From Vitrella brassicaformis CCMP3155 (lineage: Eukaryota > Protista > Chromerida): 64,000 nt of DNA. Below are positions 13,301-25,030 of the stretch, one piece after another. The stretch is from NCBI GenBank assembly GCA_001179505.1, contig CDMY01000244.1, forward strand, positions 62,001-126,000, given 5' to 3'. Position 1 is the stretch's first letter. Each line of letters begins with the position of its first letter. Both the position numbers and the translations under genes were made by a program. The notes under the pieces were generated by a model. It was not told the DNA's origin. It made no database searches and saw nothing but the letters and a program-made list of their open reading frames with translations.

Positions 13301-16300
13301 CCTTGATGCCCTTGCTCGCCTTGACCTCCATCAGCTGATCCCAGGCGGCTGACTCCAGGACACTCTGAGAGGGGCTGCCACGTCGGGACAGCAGCACGAT
13401 GTGTGTGGCGCCGTGGTCAGCCAGCCACTTGGCCGTCAGCAGCCCGAGGGAGCCCAGCCCGCCCGAGATGATGTAGCAGCCAGTGTTGGACACCAGTGCA
13501 GAGTGGGCGACGTTGGTCTTGAGAGTCGACTTGATCAGGCGCGGGTAGAAGAGCTCGAGCTTGTCGTCTGCCTGACGCAGGGCGATCTCCCTGATGTCGC
13601 TCGTCTCGGCCTGGATGACCGACTCCACCACAGTCCTGATGACGGTGTCCAGGGCATCATCTGCCGACAGGGCCACGCTCGAGTCCAGGTCGACACATCC
13701 CAAGGGCGCCGGGCGGCCACAGGAGGCAGCCAGCTCCAGCCGCACACTCTTGGCGAAGCCCCACAGGCCAGCATGCCGCGGGATGGTGGCGGTGGACACC
13801 TCACTCTCATCCGTGACGTTGTGGACCCCGTGCGTCAGCAGCCATGTGGGAGCGACCGCCTCCTTCCCCTTCTTCCGGCTGAGCAGTGTGATGAAGGCCT
13901 GGCTGAGAGTCAGGCACTCGCCCAGCACGGCCGTCGGATCGTGGTCCTGGTTCTCCAGGCCGCCCAGGTAGAGGATGGCGTCCCAGGACCCCTGACTGTT
14001 AAGTGCACCGGAGAGCATCGTCTGGAGGTCGTCCGTGTCGGTGCTGCAGAGGCTTCCGAAGGGAACCAAGGTTGACTCGTCGCTCAGACCAAGGCGGAGG
14101 GCATCAAACTTGGCGACCCATTCAGACGGCACGCCCAGCAGCAGCAGCCGGGGACGGTCAAGCACCTCAGTGACATCCTCCTCTTGCTGCTCACGCTCGA
14201 CAGTCGACGTCCACTGGGTCTCCCAGAGCAGGTCAGCTGTGGCGGCAATGTCCATCCGTCTGACCTCTATGCCTTGGAACGAGGCCACTAGCTTGCCGGT
14301 CGCGGCGTCGGTCAAGGTGCAGTTCATCTGGGCTGAGCGCTCCTCCACCTTGATGATCTGCAGGTGGGACCACCAGCGGTCGTTGGGCGAGTGGGAGTAG
14401 GAGAGGGGCACGAACGCCTTGCCGATCCGGAAGAGCACCCACGCCCCGCTGCGGCCCTCGGTGCCATCGTTCTCTCTCCTCTTGTCATGCTCCAAATGAA
14501 TGACGCCCGCGGCGGCCTGGAAGGCGCAGTCCAGGACGCCTGGGTGAGCCATCAGGAAGGGGCCGTCCCTCTTGTCATACTGCTCCAGACACGCGATCGC
14601 CTCTTTGTCGCCCACCCAGCACGACTTGATGGCGCGGAAAGACGGCCCGTACTCGAGGCCCAAGGCGCGCAGCTGCTTGTACATCTCGTCCACGTTGACC
14701 TCCTGCTGGCACCGCTCCTTGACGACCTCGACGGGCTCGACGGGGGGGTGCAGGGCGGCGTCAGCGCCGAACCACAGGGCGCCGTTGGAGGCCTGCTGGG
14801 GGCTGACGATGTGCGCCGCCGAGTGCTGGACGAGCTTGCGCTTCTTGGCGACCGACGACGAGTAGAGAGTGATGGTCGTGCCGCTCTTGGCGCCACTGCC
14901 ACTCTGCTCCTTGACGGACACGTGGAAGCGGACATCGTCAGACACGCTGGAGAAGATTAGGGGGCGCTCGAAGAAAAAACCTGATGATGAAGATGGAACA
15001 TCACAGACACAGCAGAGTGAGCGAAGACGTCAACCACAACCTGGCTCCTTGTTGTGTACACACGCACCTTCGAGGCAGACGATGCCGTCATCCTTGCTGA
15101 TGGTCCGCGCGGCGGAGCAGATGGTTTCCACATACGTGGCGCCTGGGACGATGATAGTGCCGTTGACGACGTGGTCGCTCAGCATCCGCAGGACGTCCCG
15201 GCTCAGACGCCTCTCGAACGACACCTCGCGCGGGTGGGCCGCCGATAGGGACACTTGGGTGGGGCGGCCCAGCAGACAGTGAGAGGACGCGTCGGGTAGT
15301 CCATCCCCGGCCTCTACCGCCTCCAGGGTGTGCTTGGGCCAATCGTAGACCTGGTGGTCCCACTTCATGTCCGTGTGGAGGCGGCCCCGCTCCTCTGCCG
15401 GCTTCCACTCCTTGACGGCCTTGACGACCGAGTCGAGGAGGCCCGAAGCATCCCGCGTCTTGTCATCCATGGCCGCCAGCAGGGTCACGCCACTCTCACG
15501 CTCCTTGATGAAGTTGCGAGCTATCTTGATGAGCGTCGGCTTCGGCCCCACCTCAATGAAGACCACACCCGGGCTGCCGTCGGTTGCCTTGATGGCGCTG
15601 TTGAGCGAGTCCATAAACCTGACAGTCTTGGTGATGTGCTGAGCCCAGTAGTTGGGCGATGTCAGCTGTCCAGCCGATGCTGTCCTGCCCGTGACGGTGG
15701 AAATCAGGGGGATGGAGGGCGACTGCAGGGGGGCCTTGGCGAGCTCGTTGACGATGGCGTCGCGGAAGAGAGGCACGGTCGCGTTCATAAGGGGCGAGTG
15801 GTAGGCGTGGGACACGGGCAGCATCCTGTGCCTATCCTTGTCAATCTTGAGCAGCTCCAGAAGCGCCGACACCTCATCTCTCTTGCCCGCCACCACCACC
15901 CTCTCGGGAGCATTGACACCCGCGATGGCCAGGCTCTCGAATGACGACTTGCCGCTCTTCAGTTGCTTGATGCCCTTGACCACCTCGTCCTCGCCGGCCA
16001 GCAGTGCTGCCATGACACCATCCTCTGACGGTGTGTCCTGCATCAGGCGAGCGCGGGCCACGACCAGAGCGAGCCCCACCTCCAGCGACATGACGCCAGC
16101 AATGGTCGCCGCGACGTATTCGCCGAGAGAGTGGCCGAGGACCATGTCGGGCGACACTCCGCGCTTGATCAGGGACTGGGCGAGGGAGTAGCCGAGGGAG
16201 AAGAGGATGGGCTGTTGGTAGCGCGCCTGGCTCAAGAGACCCTGCAGCTCAGCCTTGGTGGCCTCGTCGTGGGTCTGGGGGTAGATGAGCCCGAGCATCG

Positions 16301-17175
16301 ATCGGGGGAGATGGGGGTCGACCAGCGCCGCACACCGATCCAGGTTGGCGCGGAAGACCTCGTCCGTCTCGTAAAGGTCCTTGCCCATCCCGACGTACTG
16401 GGAGCCCTGGCCCGTGAAGAGGAAGGCGACGCGGGGGCGGGTCTCCTTGTTTTCTTGGGCCGCTGCGGTGTCCTCCTCGGGGGCGTCGAATGGCGAGGAA
16501 AGGATGACGTGTGCGTTGGTGCCCCCGAAGCCGAAGGAGCTGACGCCTGCCACGAGTGCGCCCCCGTTCTTGCGAGTGAGCTGGAAGCCGTCTGCGGCCG
16601 AGGGGAAGACGACTGGGAAGCCCTCTGTGTTGATGTTGGGGTTGAGGGTCTTGAGGTGCAGGTTGGGCGGCACGCGCTGCATCTGGAGGCAGCAGATGGT
16701 CTTCAACACACCAGCCATGCCTGATTATTGAGTTGTGAATGACACAGGAGAGAGAGACCGACATGAGTGTGGTGGGCATGCAAAGGTGGGTGACTCCATC
16801 CAAGGCCTGCCTTGTGTATCCCTCACCTGCTGCTCCTTCAAGATNNNNNNNNNNNNNNNNNNNNNNNNNNNNNNNNNNNNNNNNNNNNNNNNNNNNNNNN
16901 NNNNNNNNNNNNNNNNNNNNNNNNNNNNNNNNNNNNNNNNNNNNNNNNNNNNNNNNNNNNNNNNNNNNNNNNNNNNNNNNNNNNNNNNNNNNNNNNNNNN
17001 NNNNNNNNNNNNNNNNNNNNNNNNNNNNNNNNNNNNNNNNNNNNNNNNNNNNNNNNNNNNNNNNNNNNNNNNNNNNNNNNNNNNNNNNNNNNNNNNNNNN
17101 NNNNNNNNNNNNNNNNNNNNNNNNNNNNNNNNNNNNNNNNNNNNGTTGGGTCCAAGTTGTTGTGCACTGAGTGAC

Positions 17176-17206
<31 letters not shown>

Positions 17207-20200
17207 GGCAGCAGTACACACTCAAGATGGGCCAGCCAGAATCCTCGATTCCGCTGTATTGCATACATGGCGTACCTCTTAAGCCCATGTCTATGTTGTC
17301 GATCGATGGGAAACTACCCGATGCCCAGCCGTCAAAGGGAACCTCAGCGAGACTAACCTCACCACCCCACCCCAGACTATCCCAGCACCAGTCACCGACA
17401 GTGACAGTGCCCACCTCCCTCTCCACGCCCAGGCCTTTCAGAACGCTCCTCCTTTCTTGTGGACTCACTGCTGTCTCGAACTTTACCTCTTTGACGTTGC
17501 CGGGCATCTTCTCTGCCAGCAGTCGTGCCACAGTAACGCCAAGAGCATTGGTCACCTCCAGCTCACTGTCCCTTGATGCAATGGTCACAGATAAGAGCCA
17601 CTTCTGAGCGGCGCCGCCCCACACGGTTAGCCTCAAACGCTCCAGGCCCCGCACACCATCCACAATGGATGAGGTGCCGTCGCGGATGAGCTCGGCAGCC
17701 GCAGAGGCCTCCAAATCATCGGGCACTAAGTGACAACAGACACACGGCAGCAATGCACACACAAGATGAGCCAGCCAGAGTCGTCTCCTGCACTGCATTG
17801 CATACCTCTCACGTCTAGGACTAGGTTATGAATCGATGGATAGCTATCCGATGACCGCTCCTCTGCCGGCTTCCACTCCTTGACGGCCTTGACGACCGAG
17901 TCGAGGAGGCCCGAAGCATCCCGCGTCTTGTCATCCATGGCCGCCAGCACGGTGACCCCGCTCTCACGCTCCTTGATGAAGTTGCGAGCTATCTTGATGA
18001 GCGTCGGCTTCGGCCCCACCTCAATGAAGACCACACCCGGGCTGCCGTCGGCTGCCTTGATGGCGCTGTTGACGGAGTCCATGAACCTGACAGTCTTGGT
18101 GATGTGCTGAGCCCAGTAGTCGGGCGATGTCAGCTGTCCAGCCGATGCTGTCCTGCCCGTGACGGTGGAAATTAGGGGGATGGAGGGCGACTGCAGAGGG
18201 GCCTTGGCGAGCTCGTTGACGATGGCGTCGCGGAAGAGAGGCACCGTCGCGTTCATCAGGGGCGAGTGGTAGGCGTGGGACACGGGCAGCATCCTGTGCC
18301 TATCCTTGTCAATCTTGAGCAGCTCCAGAAGCGCCGACACCTCATCTCTCTTGCCCGCCACCACCACCCTCTCGGGAGCATTGACACCTGCGATGGCCAG
18401 GCTTTCGAATGACGACTTGCCGTTCTTCAGTTGCTTGATGCCCATGACCACCTCGTCCTCGCCCATCACCGCTTGATGCCCGCTGCCGCTGCCGCCGCTC
18501 CGATGGACTACCTGAGCCAGCAGCCGTCAACCTGTGACCACCTGTATGGCGCTATGCATCAGCAGCGTCGGCCACAGCTGCCGTACCACCCTGGTGAGAG
18601 CGACCTGCCCCCTCTGCTGGGCGGCGACGATGACTCGCTCATGGGGTCGGGTGACGAGCTCGACAGACATGGCCTTGGCGGAGGGGAAGGGGGAGGCATG
18701 GATGACTTCGATCCCGTCGGCCACCATCGGCCATCGGACAGCCCCTATGACGGCGCCACGGGATTCGGACCACCTGTGGGCCAGCCGGGGATGGGCAATA
18801 GCGCTCTGTCGCCCATCGCGGAAGATCCATGTGGGCACATCATGACCCGTGGTGAGCGGGGCAGACAATGGGCCCATACCGGTTTGTGTTATGACTACGT
18901 GTGTTCCGATTTCTGCAGGTGATTCCAAGAAGCGTCGTGTGGAGCAGATGAGCCCGTCCCCGCCTTCGGACCATTCACAAGCCCGCCCCAGCGTGTCCTT
19001 CTCAATGAGCACGCTGCAGAACTCCATCATCATAGCCGACCTGAAGAAGAAGATGGAGCAGTGTGAGGAGCTGAGGGGCCGCTTCAACAAGCTCGAGGTG
19101 CAGCAGAACCAGCACTACCAGTCCAACATCACTACCGTCGGCGCTTCGGGCACCTTCGGCCCTCCGCATTTGAGTCAATTTCTGGCTGGTCGTTCCTGGC
19201 TCGGCCCTGCGGGCTTCGCCTTCGCACCACACTAGTCGTTGAAGCGACTGCCACCATGCCCACACCGGCAGCAGTGCTGCCATGACACCATCCTCTGACG
19301 GTGTGTCCTGCATCAGGCGAGCACGGGCCACGACCAGGGCGAGCCCCACCTCCAGCGACTTGACGCCAGCAATGGTCGCCGCGACGTATTCGCCGAGAGA
19401 GTGGCCGAGCACCATGTCGGGCGACACTCCGCGCTTGATGAGGGACTGGGCGAGGGAGTAGCCGAGAGAGAAGAGGATGGGCTGTTGGTAGCGCGCCTGG
19501 CTCAAGAGACCCTGCAGCTCAGCCTTGGTCGCCTCGTCGTGGGTCTGGGGGTAGATGAGCCCGAGCATCGATCGGGGGAGATGGGGGTCGACCAGCGCCG
19601 CACACCGATCCAGGTTGGCGCGGAAGACCTCGTCCGTCTCGTAAAGGTCCTTGCCCATCCCGACGTACTGGGAGCCCTGGCCCGTGAAGAGGAAGGCGAC
19701 GCGGGGGCGGGTCTCCTTGTTTTCTTGGGCCGCTGCGGTGTCCTCCTCGGGGGCGTCGAATGGCGAGGAAAGGATGACGTGTGCGTTGGTGCCCCCGAAG
19801 CCGAAGGAGCTGACGCCTGCCACGAGTGCGCCCCCGTTCTTGCGAGTGAGCTGGAAGCCGTCTGCGGCCGAGGGGAAGACGACTGGGAAGCCCTCTGTGT
19901 TGATGTTGGGGTTGAGGGTCTTGAGGTGCAGGTTGGGCGGCACGCGCTGCATCTGGAGGCAGCAGATGGTCTTCAACACACCAGCCATGCCTGATTATTG
20001 AGTTGTGAATGACACAGGAGAGAGAGACCGACATGAGTGTGGTGGGCATGCAAAGGTGGGTGACTCCATCCAAGGCCTGCCTTGTGTATCCCTCACCTGC
20101 TGCTCCTTCAAGATGCCCGATGTGCGTCTTGACAGCCCCGATGGCCAATGGCGATACGCCAGCGTCACGACGGCTCTTGGCGAAGACGGCCTTGAGGGCG

Positions 20201-23200
20201 GCGACCTCGATGGGATCCCCAAGTGCAGTGCCCGTGCCGTGCGCCTCGAGGAAGTCCACATCATTGGGCTGCAGGCCAGCACTCTTGAGGGCCCCCTTGA
20301 TCACGTTCTGCTGGGCGATGCCATTGGGCGCTGTCAGCGTCACCGCACGGCCACCGTGGTTGACGCACGCCCCTCGAAGCATCGCCAGCACCAGCCTGCC
20401 CCGCTCCTTGGAATCCATGTCGTCAAGGCGCTTCAGCACGATCGCTCCCGCCCCCTCGCCGCGCACGTATCCGTTGGCCGCTGCGTCGAATGTCTTGCAT
20501 CTGGCGTCAGGTGCCATGAAGCGGGCCTTGCAGAGGGCGATTGTCGTGTGTGGGTTGAGCATCGTGTTGATGGCCGCTGCGACGGCGGTCTTGCAGCCGT
20601 TGGGATCCTTGCGGAGCGTTGAGGCGGCCGAGTCGATGGCGACAAGGGAGGACGAGCAGGCCGTGTCGACGGTCATGGAGGGGCCGTGGATGCCGAGGAT
20701 GTAGCTGATCCGGTTGGCGAGGATGGAGGGGGCCGCACTGGTGGCCGTGTAGGAGCTGAAGGCACCCGCACCCATCTTGGCTTGGATCGACGACCACTCG
20801 AACGAGCAGCACCCGACGAACACACCGACGGGCTTCTGCATGAGGGCCTTCTTCTCAAGGCCAGCAGAGTTGAGCGACTCGTAACAAACCTCGAGCAGGA
20901 TGCGCTGCTGCGGGTCCATCGTCTTGGCCTCCACGTCCGACACGCGGAAGAACCCGTTGTCGAACATCTCTGCGTTCTTGATGAAGCCGCCCTCTCGCAC
21001 GTACATGCGGGCCTCTGCGTCTGGATTGGGGTGGTAGAACTCATCGATGTCCCACCGGCTGGCGGGGATCTGCTCAATGGCATCCTTGCCACTGCTGACG
21101 GCGTCCCACAGCTGTGCCAGTGACGAGATGCCGCCGGGCAGGCGGCACGCGGCGCCGATGATGGCGATGTGCCCGGTGGCGTCGGAGACGGCCGTGTTGC
21201 TGAGGACATCCACCGATGGGGTCGGCGAGACGCACTCGGTCCTGCCCTCCAGCTCCTCAACCAGGAAATCAGCAACTGAGACACACAGACAGACAAACAG
21301 ACAGACAGACAGACGAAGAGACGAGGGATAACTACCAGTACAACCTTGCACTTTCGTCTCTCTCTCTCTCTCTGTCTGTGTGTGTGTGTGCTTACTTTGG
21401 TCAAGTGTCTGGTGGCTGAAGAGGATGGTCACATCGATGTTGAGCCCCAGGGCCTTCGAGACTGCCTCGGCAAACTCGACGGCCTTGATGCTGCTCACGC
21501 CGAGCTCCTGGATGGGCGCATGGAAGTCGACGACGCTCTCCTCGACAGCGAAGATCCTGACGGCATTCTCGATGATGACCTTGTCGACGCCCTTGCGCTG
21601 CTCCTGCCGCACTGCGCCATCGCGTGGGGGGGTGAGGGTGATGGTGGCTGGCATGGGTGTGTCCAGGGCGGCCCCCATGGCCTCGACGACGCACGAGGAG
21701 GGGGTGTTGGTCACGGACGGGGGGCGGAGGAGGGACGGCGATGGGGCGGGCGACAGGTTGCGCGGGGGAATGGGCGTCACATCGGGACTGGGGGGTGCGG
21801 CTGCCGACAAGCTCTTGGGGGAGGCTGTGGACGCGCTCGCGGAGTCGTTGACCTCCTTGATGAGGATCTCGTCGTGCAGTACAGTCGAGACCTTGCCGTC
21901 CAGCAGGAGGTCGCGTGTGGTGGACCGGCGCACCTTGCCACTAGTCGTCTGAAGGCGAAAAACCACACCACACCACACCACACACACCCATTGTGGGATC
22001 ACTCAGTGCATCAGATACAGACTGCGCTGTGTTGGTTGGTGTATGTGTGTTGCACTGCACGTACCTTTCGGACACTGCGAGGCTTGACAAGCCAGATGCG
22101 ATAGACGGGAATGCCGATGCGCTGTGAGACGACCTTGGCAATTTCCTTGGCCTTGCTGTGGTAGTCGGGCTTCTCTTGGCCGCCTCCAGTGAGCCAGGCG
22201 AGGAGGCTGGCCGACTGCTGCTGCTTGATCTCGACGCACAGGGCCAGCTGCTCCGTGTCGTCGACATCCAAAGCGAAGGCGACGCTGCAGCCCTTGCGGA
22301 CTTCGGCCACTTCTTCAACCACCTCCTCGATCTGATAGACACACACAACAAATGTGCACACATTCGTCACCCTGACTGACACATTTGCTTACATCTTGCG
22401 GAAACAAGTTGCGGCCGCGGACAATGATCATGTCCTTGATCCTTCCTGCGACGAAGATCTCTCCCTGGTGAAAGAAGCCGCTGTCGCCTGTGCGCAGGTA
22501 GTGCGGCTTGGAGAGCTCGCCGTTGAGGTAGGTGCACTGGCCGCGGAAGGCCTCGGCGGTCTTCTCGGGCAGGTTGAAGTAGCCCCCGGCGGTGCTTGCG
22601 CTTCGGCACCAGATCTCCCCTCTGCGGCCGGGCGGCACCTCCCTGAGTGTCTCAGGGTCCACGATTCTGACCTCTACACCTGGGGGAGGGCCGCCGCAGC
22701 CGACGAACTGAGCCGATGTCACCGAGGGCGGAATCTCACCCTCCAGCAGCTCAACCACACCCTGACAACACCAACAGACACACAACACAGGTGGTCAGGT
22801 GGCTCATGTGTCTGTTTGTTTTGAAAGCCACCTCAGTTCTGAGCTTGTTTGCGTCGACGGTGATAGTTAGTGGATTGTAGTCATAGCCTCGACGGCCGGA
22901 GATGAACAGTGTGTTCTCCGCCATGCCGTAAGCCGGCACAAACAGATTCGGCGTCACTCCTTTCGACGCAAATTTCTGACACACACACGAAACCACAGCC
23001 AGAAATGTATGTTACACGATCTCGCGTGAGAGGTGATAAGACAACCCGCCTACCTTACCTTGACAAACTTGTTGACGGTCGACGCTCTGATGGGTTCGGC
23101 ACCGCAGCAGAAGCCCGCAACGCCGCTGAGGTCGAGTTGGTCGAAGACCTCCTTGAGCTCGGGCTTGTCGAATGCTCGAGTGACGAGCTCGAAGCCGAAA

Positions 23201-24866
23201 TTGGGAGCGCCTGTCGCACCGCACTTGAAGCGTGACACGCCCTGTAGCCACAGGTGGGGTCGCCTGATGAAGTCGAGGGGAGACATCAGATAGGTGGAGA
23301 AGCCGGTGAGGAAGGGAGCACAGAAGAAGCCGACCAGACCTGCACACAGACAGACAGACAGACAGACAGACATTCAACAGACCCATCAGACAGACACGTC
23401 AATGTGATAATGTGGTGGTAGCCTAGCCCCGTGGCTGGCTCGGCCGGCCACTGACTGACCCATGTCGTGGTAGACGGGGAGCCATGAGAAGCAGCTGAGG
23501 TGATAGCCTCTCTTTTGGAGGGTCAGTGCCTTCCGCCGCTTGATGAACTCCGGGAAGTGGTGCAGCGGCATGTTGGTGAGGCACTCGTTGGGTGCATCTG
23601 GATCGTCGAGCTTGGTGTCCGCGCCAAACACTTGCAGACACAGGTGGGCGTTGTGCAGCAAACAGCCGTGAGTCACCATCACTCCTTTCGGCTGCCCAGT
23701 AGACCCTGCAGGCAGACAGACAGACAGACAGACAGAAAGGAGTGAAGCAATATGGTATGGTGAGCATAGCATGTCCGTCTGTCTCTCTCTCTGTCTGTCT
23801 GTTCTTTCGGTCGATGTGTGTGAGGTGAGTGTACCAACCAGATGTGAATTGGAGGAAGGCGAGTGACTCGAGGGTCACGGCGGCCGGCACAAACCCTTGG
23901 GCAGCGGCGCCCATGTTTTTGACGTTGTCGGTAGGGATCCACGTGAGGGAGCTCCACCGACTGTCATGCGCACGGGCAGGCAGGTTGATTATCATCGTCG
24001 CAACACGCCTGTACAGTCTGGTGGATCGGTCGGATCCAAGCCAAGGCACACAAACAGACACATATATGACAGTGACACATGGACCGGCAGGAAGGTCACA
24101 ATCAGGTCAGAGGAAGGAAGAGTGTGTGGGCCGGGTGTGGTTGTGTCTTACTGGTTGGTGAGAACGAACTTGGCCTGGGAGCTCTGGGCGATGTCGCATA
24201 GCCTGGGGATATCCGTTGACAGTTTGTTGGGGTCGGGTGGGTACTGACACACACACGCACACAGAGGCAGGGGAGAAGGAGAGGAAGATTGTGTCGGTTG
24301 GTTCCATGGTCTGTGTGTGTCACTGTACAGGTACATACCACGGGCACTGCCACAATTCCCGACACGACACAGCCCAGGAACGCCGTTATGAAGTCGAGAC
24401 CTACACACAAGACGCGACACACACAAAAAAGATTGGGGCCTGTCAACCAGCCCGCCCTCTCTCCGCTTAGTGAGCGCCTGTGGTCGCTGACTGGCTGGGC
24501 CGGGTGGGTGGCTTGTTTACTCACTTACCGGGTGTGTAGCAGAGGATGACGCGGTCGCCGGCCTCGAGTGCCAGGTCAGCTTTGAAGTATGCACACATGT
24601 TGAGCACCTTGTCCTTGACTTGGCCGAAGGTCAACTCCGTCACCTTCTCGCCCGACCCGTCCAGCCACGTGACGCACATCAGGTCCGGGAAGTCACTCGC
24701 GTGCTGGAACATCATGTTGGCGAAAGGATGGTCACCGTACACGGAGCGGAGACCCTCCAGGTCGGGAAAGGGAGACGTCAGGCCGGACTCCCTGGCGTAA
24801 CCTGGCCACCCATAGCCATGATCACACACAAGGAGACGAGACAATCAGTGATCGATCATCGATGCC

Positions 24867-24900
<34 letters not shown>

Positions 24901-25030
24901 CGTGCGCTGTGGTGTGCTGCGTACCACGTGGCGTGGCAAACGCCTCGTTGTTGTCCTCCATCTCCAAGTTGGGGGTCTTGGTGTCCACGGCCGGAGCAGG
25001 AACATTATCAACAGCGTAGCCGAGCGGCAT
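7362..25030 (-). CDS. Multimodular type I polyketide/fatty acid synthase: FAAL-ACP-KS-AT-DH-KR-ACP-KS-ACP-thioester reductase (R)-sulfotransferase-like; locus interrupted by a partial duplication and a gap
   Basis: FAAL ~24780-21900 (LAFLQFTSGSTGQPKGV, SWLPVYHDMG, YGMAENT, LRTGD, GRIKDMII, TTSGKVRR). ACP ~21580-21400 (LGVSS). KS1 ~21180-19780 (DTACSSS, EAHGTGT, KTHIGH, SSFGFGGTNAH). AT ~16450-15400 (FLFTGQGSQ, GHSLGE, HAYH). DH ~15290-14250 (DHVVNGTIIVP). KR ~13480-12830 (GGLGSLG, AAGVLHD, NYSAAN). ACP ~12520-12310 (LGIDS). KS2 ~12200-10750 (DTACSSS, EVHGTGT, KTNIGH). ACP ~10500-10320 (MGLDS). R ~10130-9150 (LLTGVTGIVG, GYPWSK). ST-like ~8780-7480. ATG at 25030, stop TAA at 7364-7362. Confidence 0.9.
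7480..8780 (-). CDS. C-terminal sulfotransferase-like domain of the PKS (bacterial Stf3/Sulfotransfer_3-like)
   Basis: TFLGKFLL...NLL...HPAIRRQQIKQPLFIVGFDRVSVTLTQQLLACD..NRAP..SE..HP and RWLL...H...LDDILATYPDAKVIFAHRD align by eye with the bacterial sulfotransferase pattern HPEI....I.RPIFI.G.PRTGTT.L..LL..DP..R.P..WE / LK.P.H...L..L...YPDA..I..HRDP. Confidence 0.72.
15387..16844 (-). repeat. Copy A of the duplicated KS1-C-terminus/AT segment (intact reading frame)
   Basis: 15387-15995 aligns with 17855-18463 (offset 2468, scattered substitutions). ~16000-16844 aligns with 19270-20114 (offset 3270), and 16261-16844 looks identical to 19531-20114. Confidence 0.93.
16845..17144. other. Assembly gap (300 N)
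   Basis: N run directly after the duplicated KS exon fragment (HLEGAAG). Confidence 0.99.
17145..17854 (-). pseudogene. Fragment of an unrelated multi-exon repeat-type gene embedded in the PKS locus
   Basis: Two similar exon-end/intron units (SYPSIHNLVLDVR|gtatgc...tag|VPDDLE and SFPSIDNIDMGLR|gtacgc...cag|VHNNLD) with in-phase splice sites. No PKS motifs. Confidence 0.5.
17855..20114 (-). pseudogene. Copy B of the KS1-C-terminus/AT segment; AT disrupted by a ~800 bp insertion and truncated
   Basis: The AT frame breaks after DGVMAALL (~19270), resumes at GEDEVV (18463) and leaves PKS homology after KPAEER (17855). Confidence 0.8.
18476..19235 (+). CDS. Two-exon hypothetical ORF (~230 aa) carried by the insertion in AT copy B
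   Basis: ATG at 18476, GT-AG intron 18852-18918 in phase, TAG at 19233-19235. G/P/D-rich N-terminal half, a KKRR motif and a heptad-like IIIADLKKKMEQCEELRGRFNKLEVQQNQ. Confidence 0.5.

Noticed and set aside
13480-14250. Enoyl-reductase domain in PKS module 1
   Set aside because: No ER nucleotide-binding motif (e.g. LIHxAxGGVG) is present; the segment looks like the structural KR subdomain.
8967-14960. Long plus-strand ORFs (e.g. 8967-10136, 10727-11497, 13401-14075, 14364-14960)
   Set aside because: They are antisense shadows of the GC3-rich PKS coding strand and have no family motifs.
18464-19266. Insertion as an autonomous transposon or retrocopy
   Set aside because: No transposase/RT motifs, TIRs, LTRs or poly-A tail, and it retains an intron.
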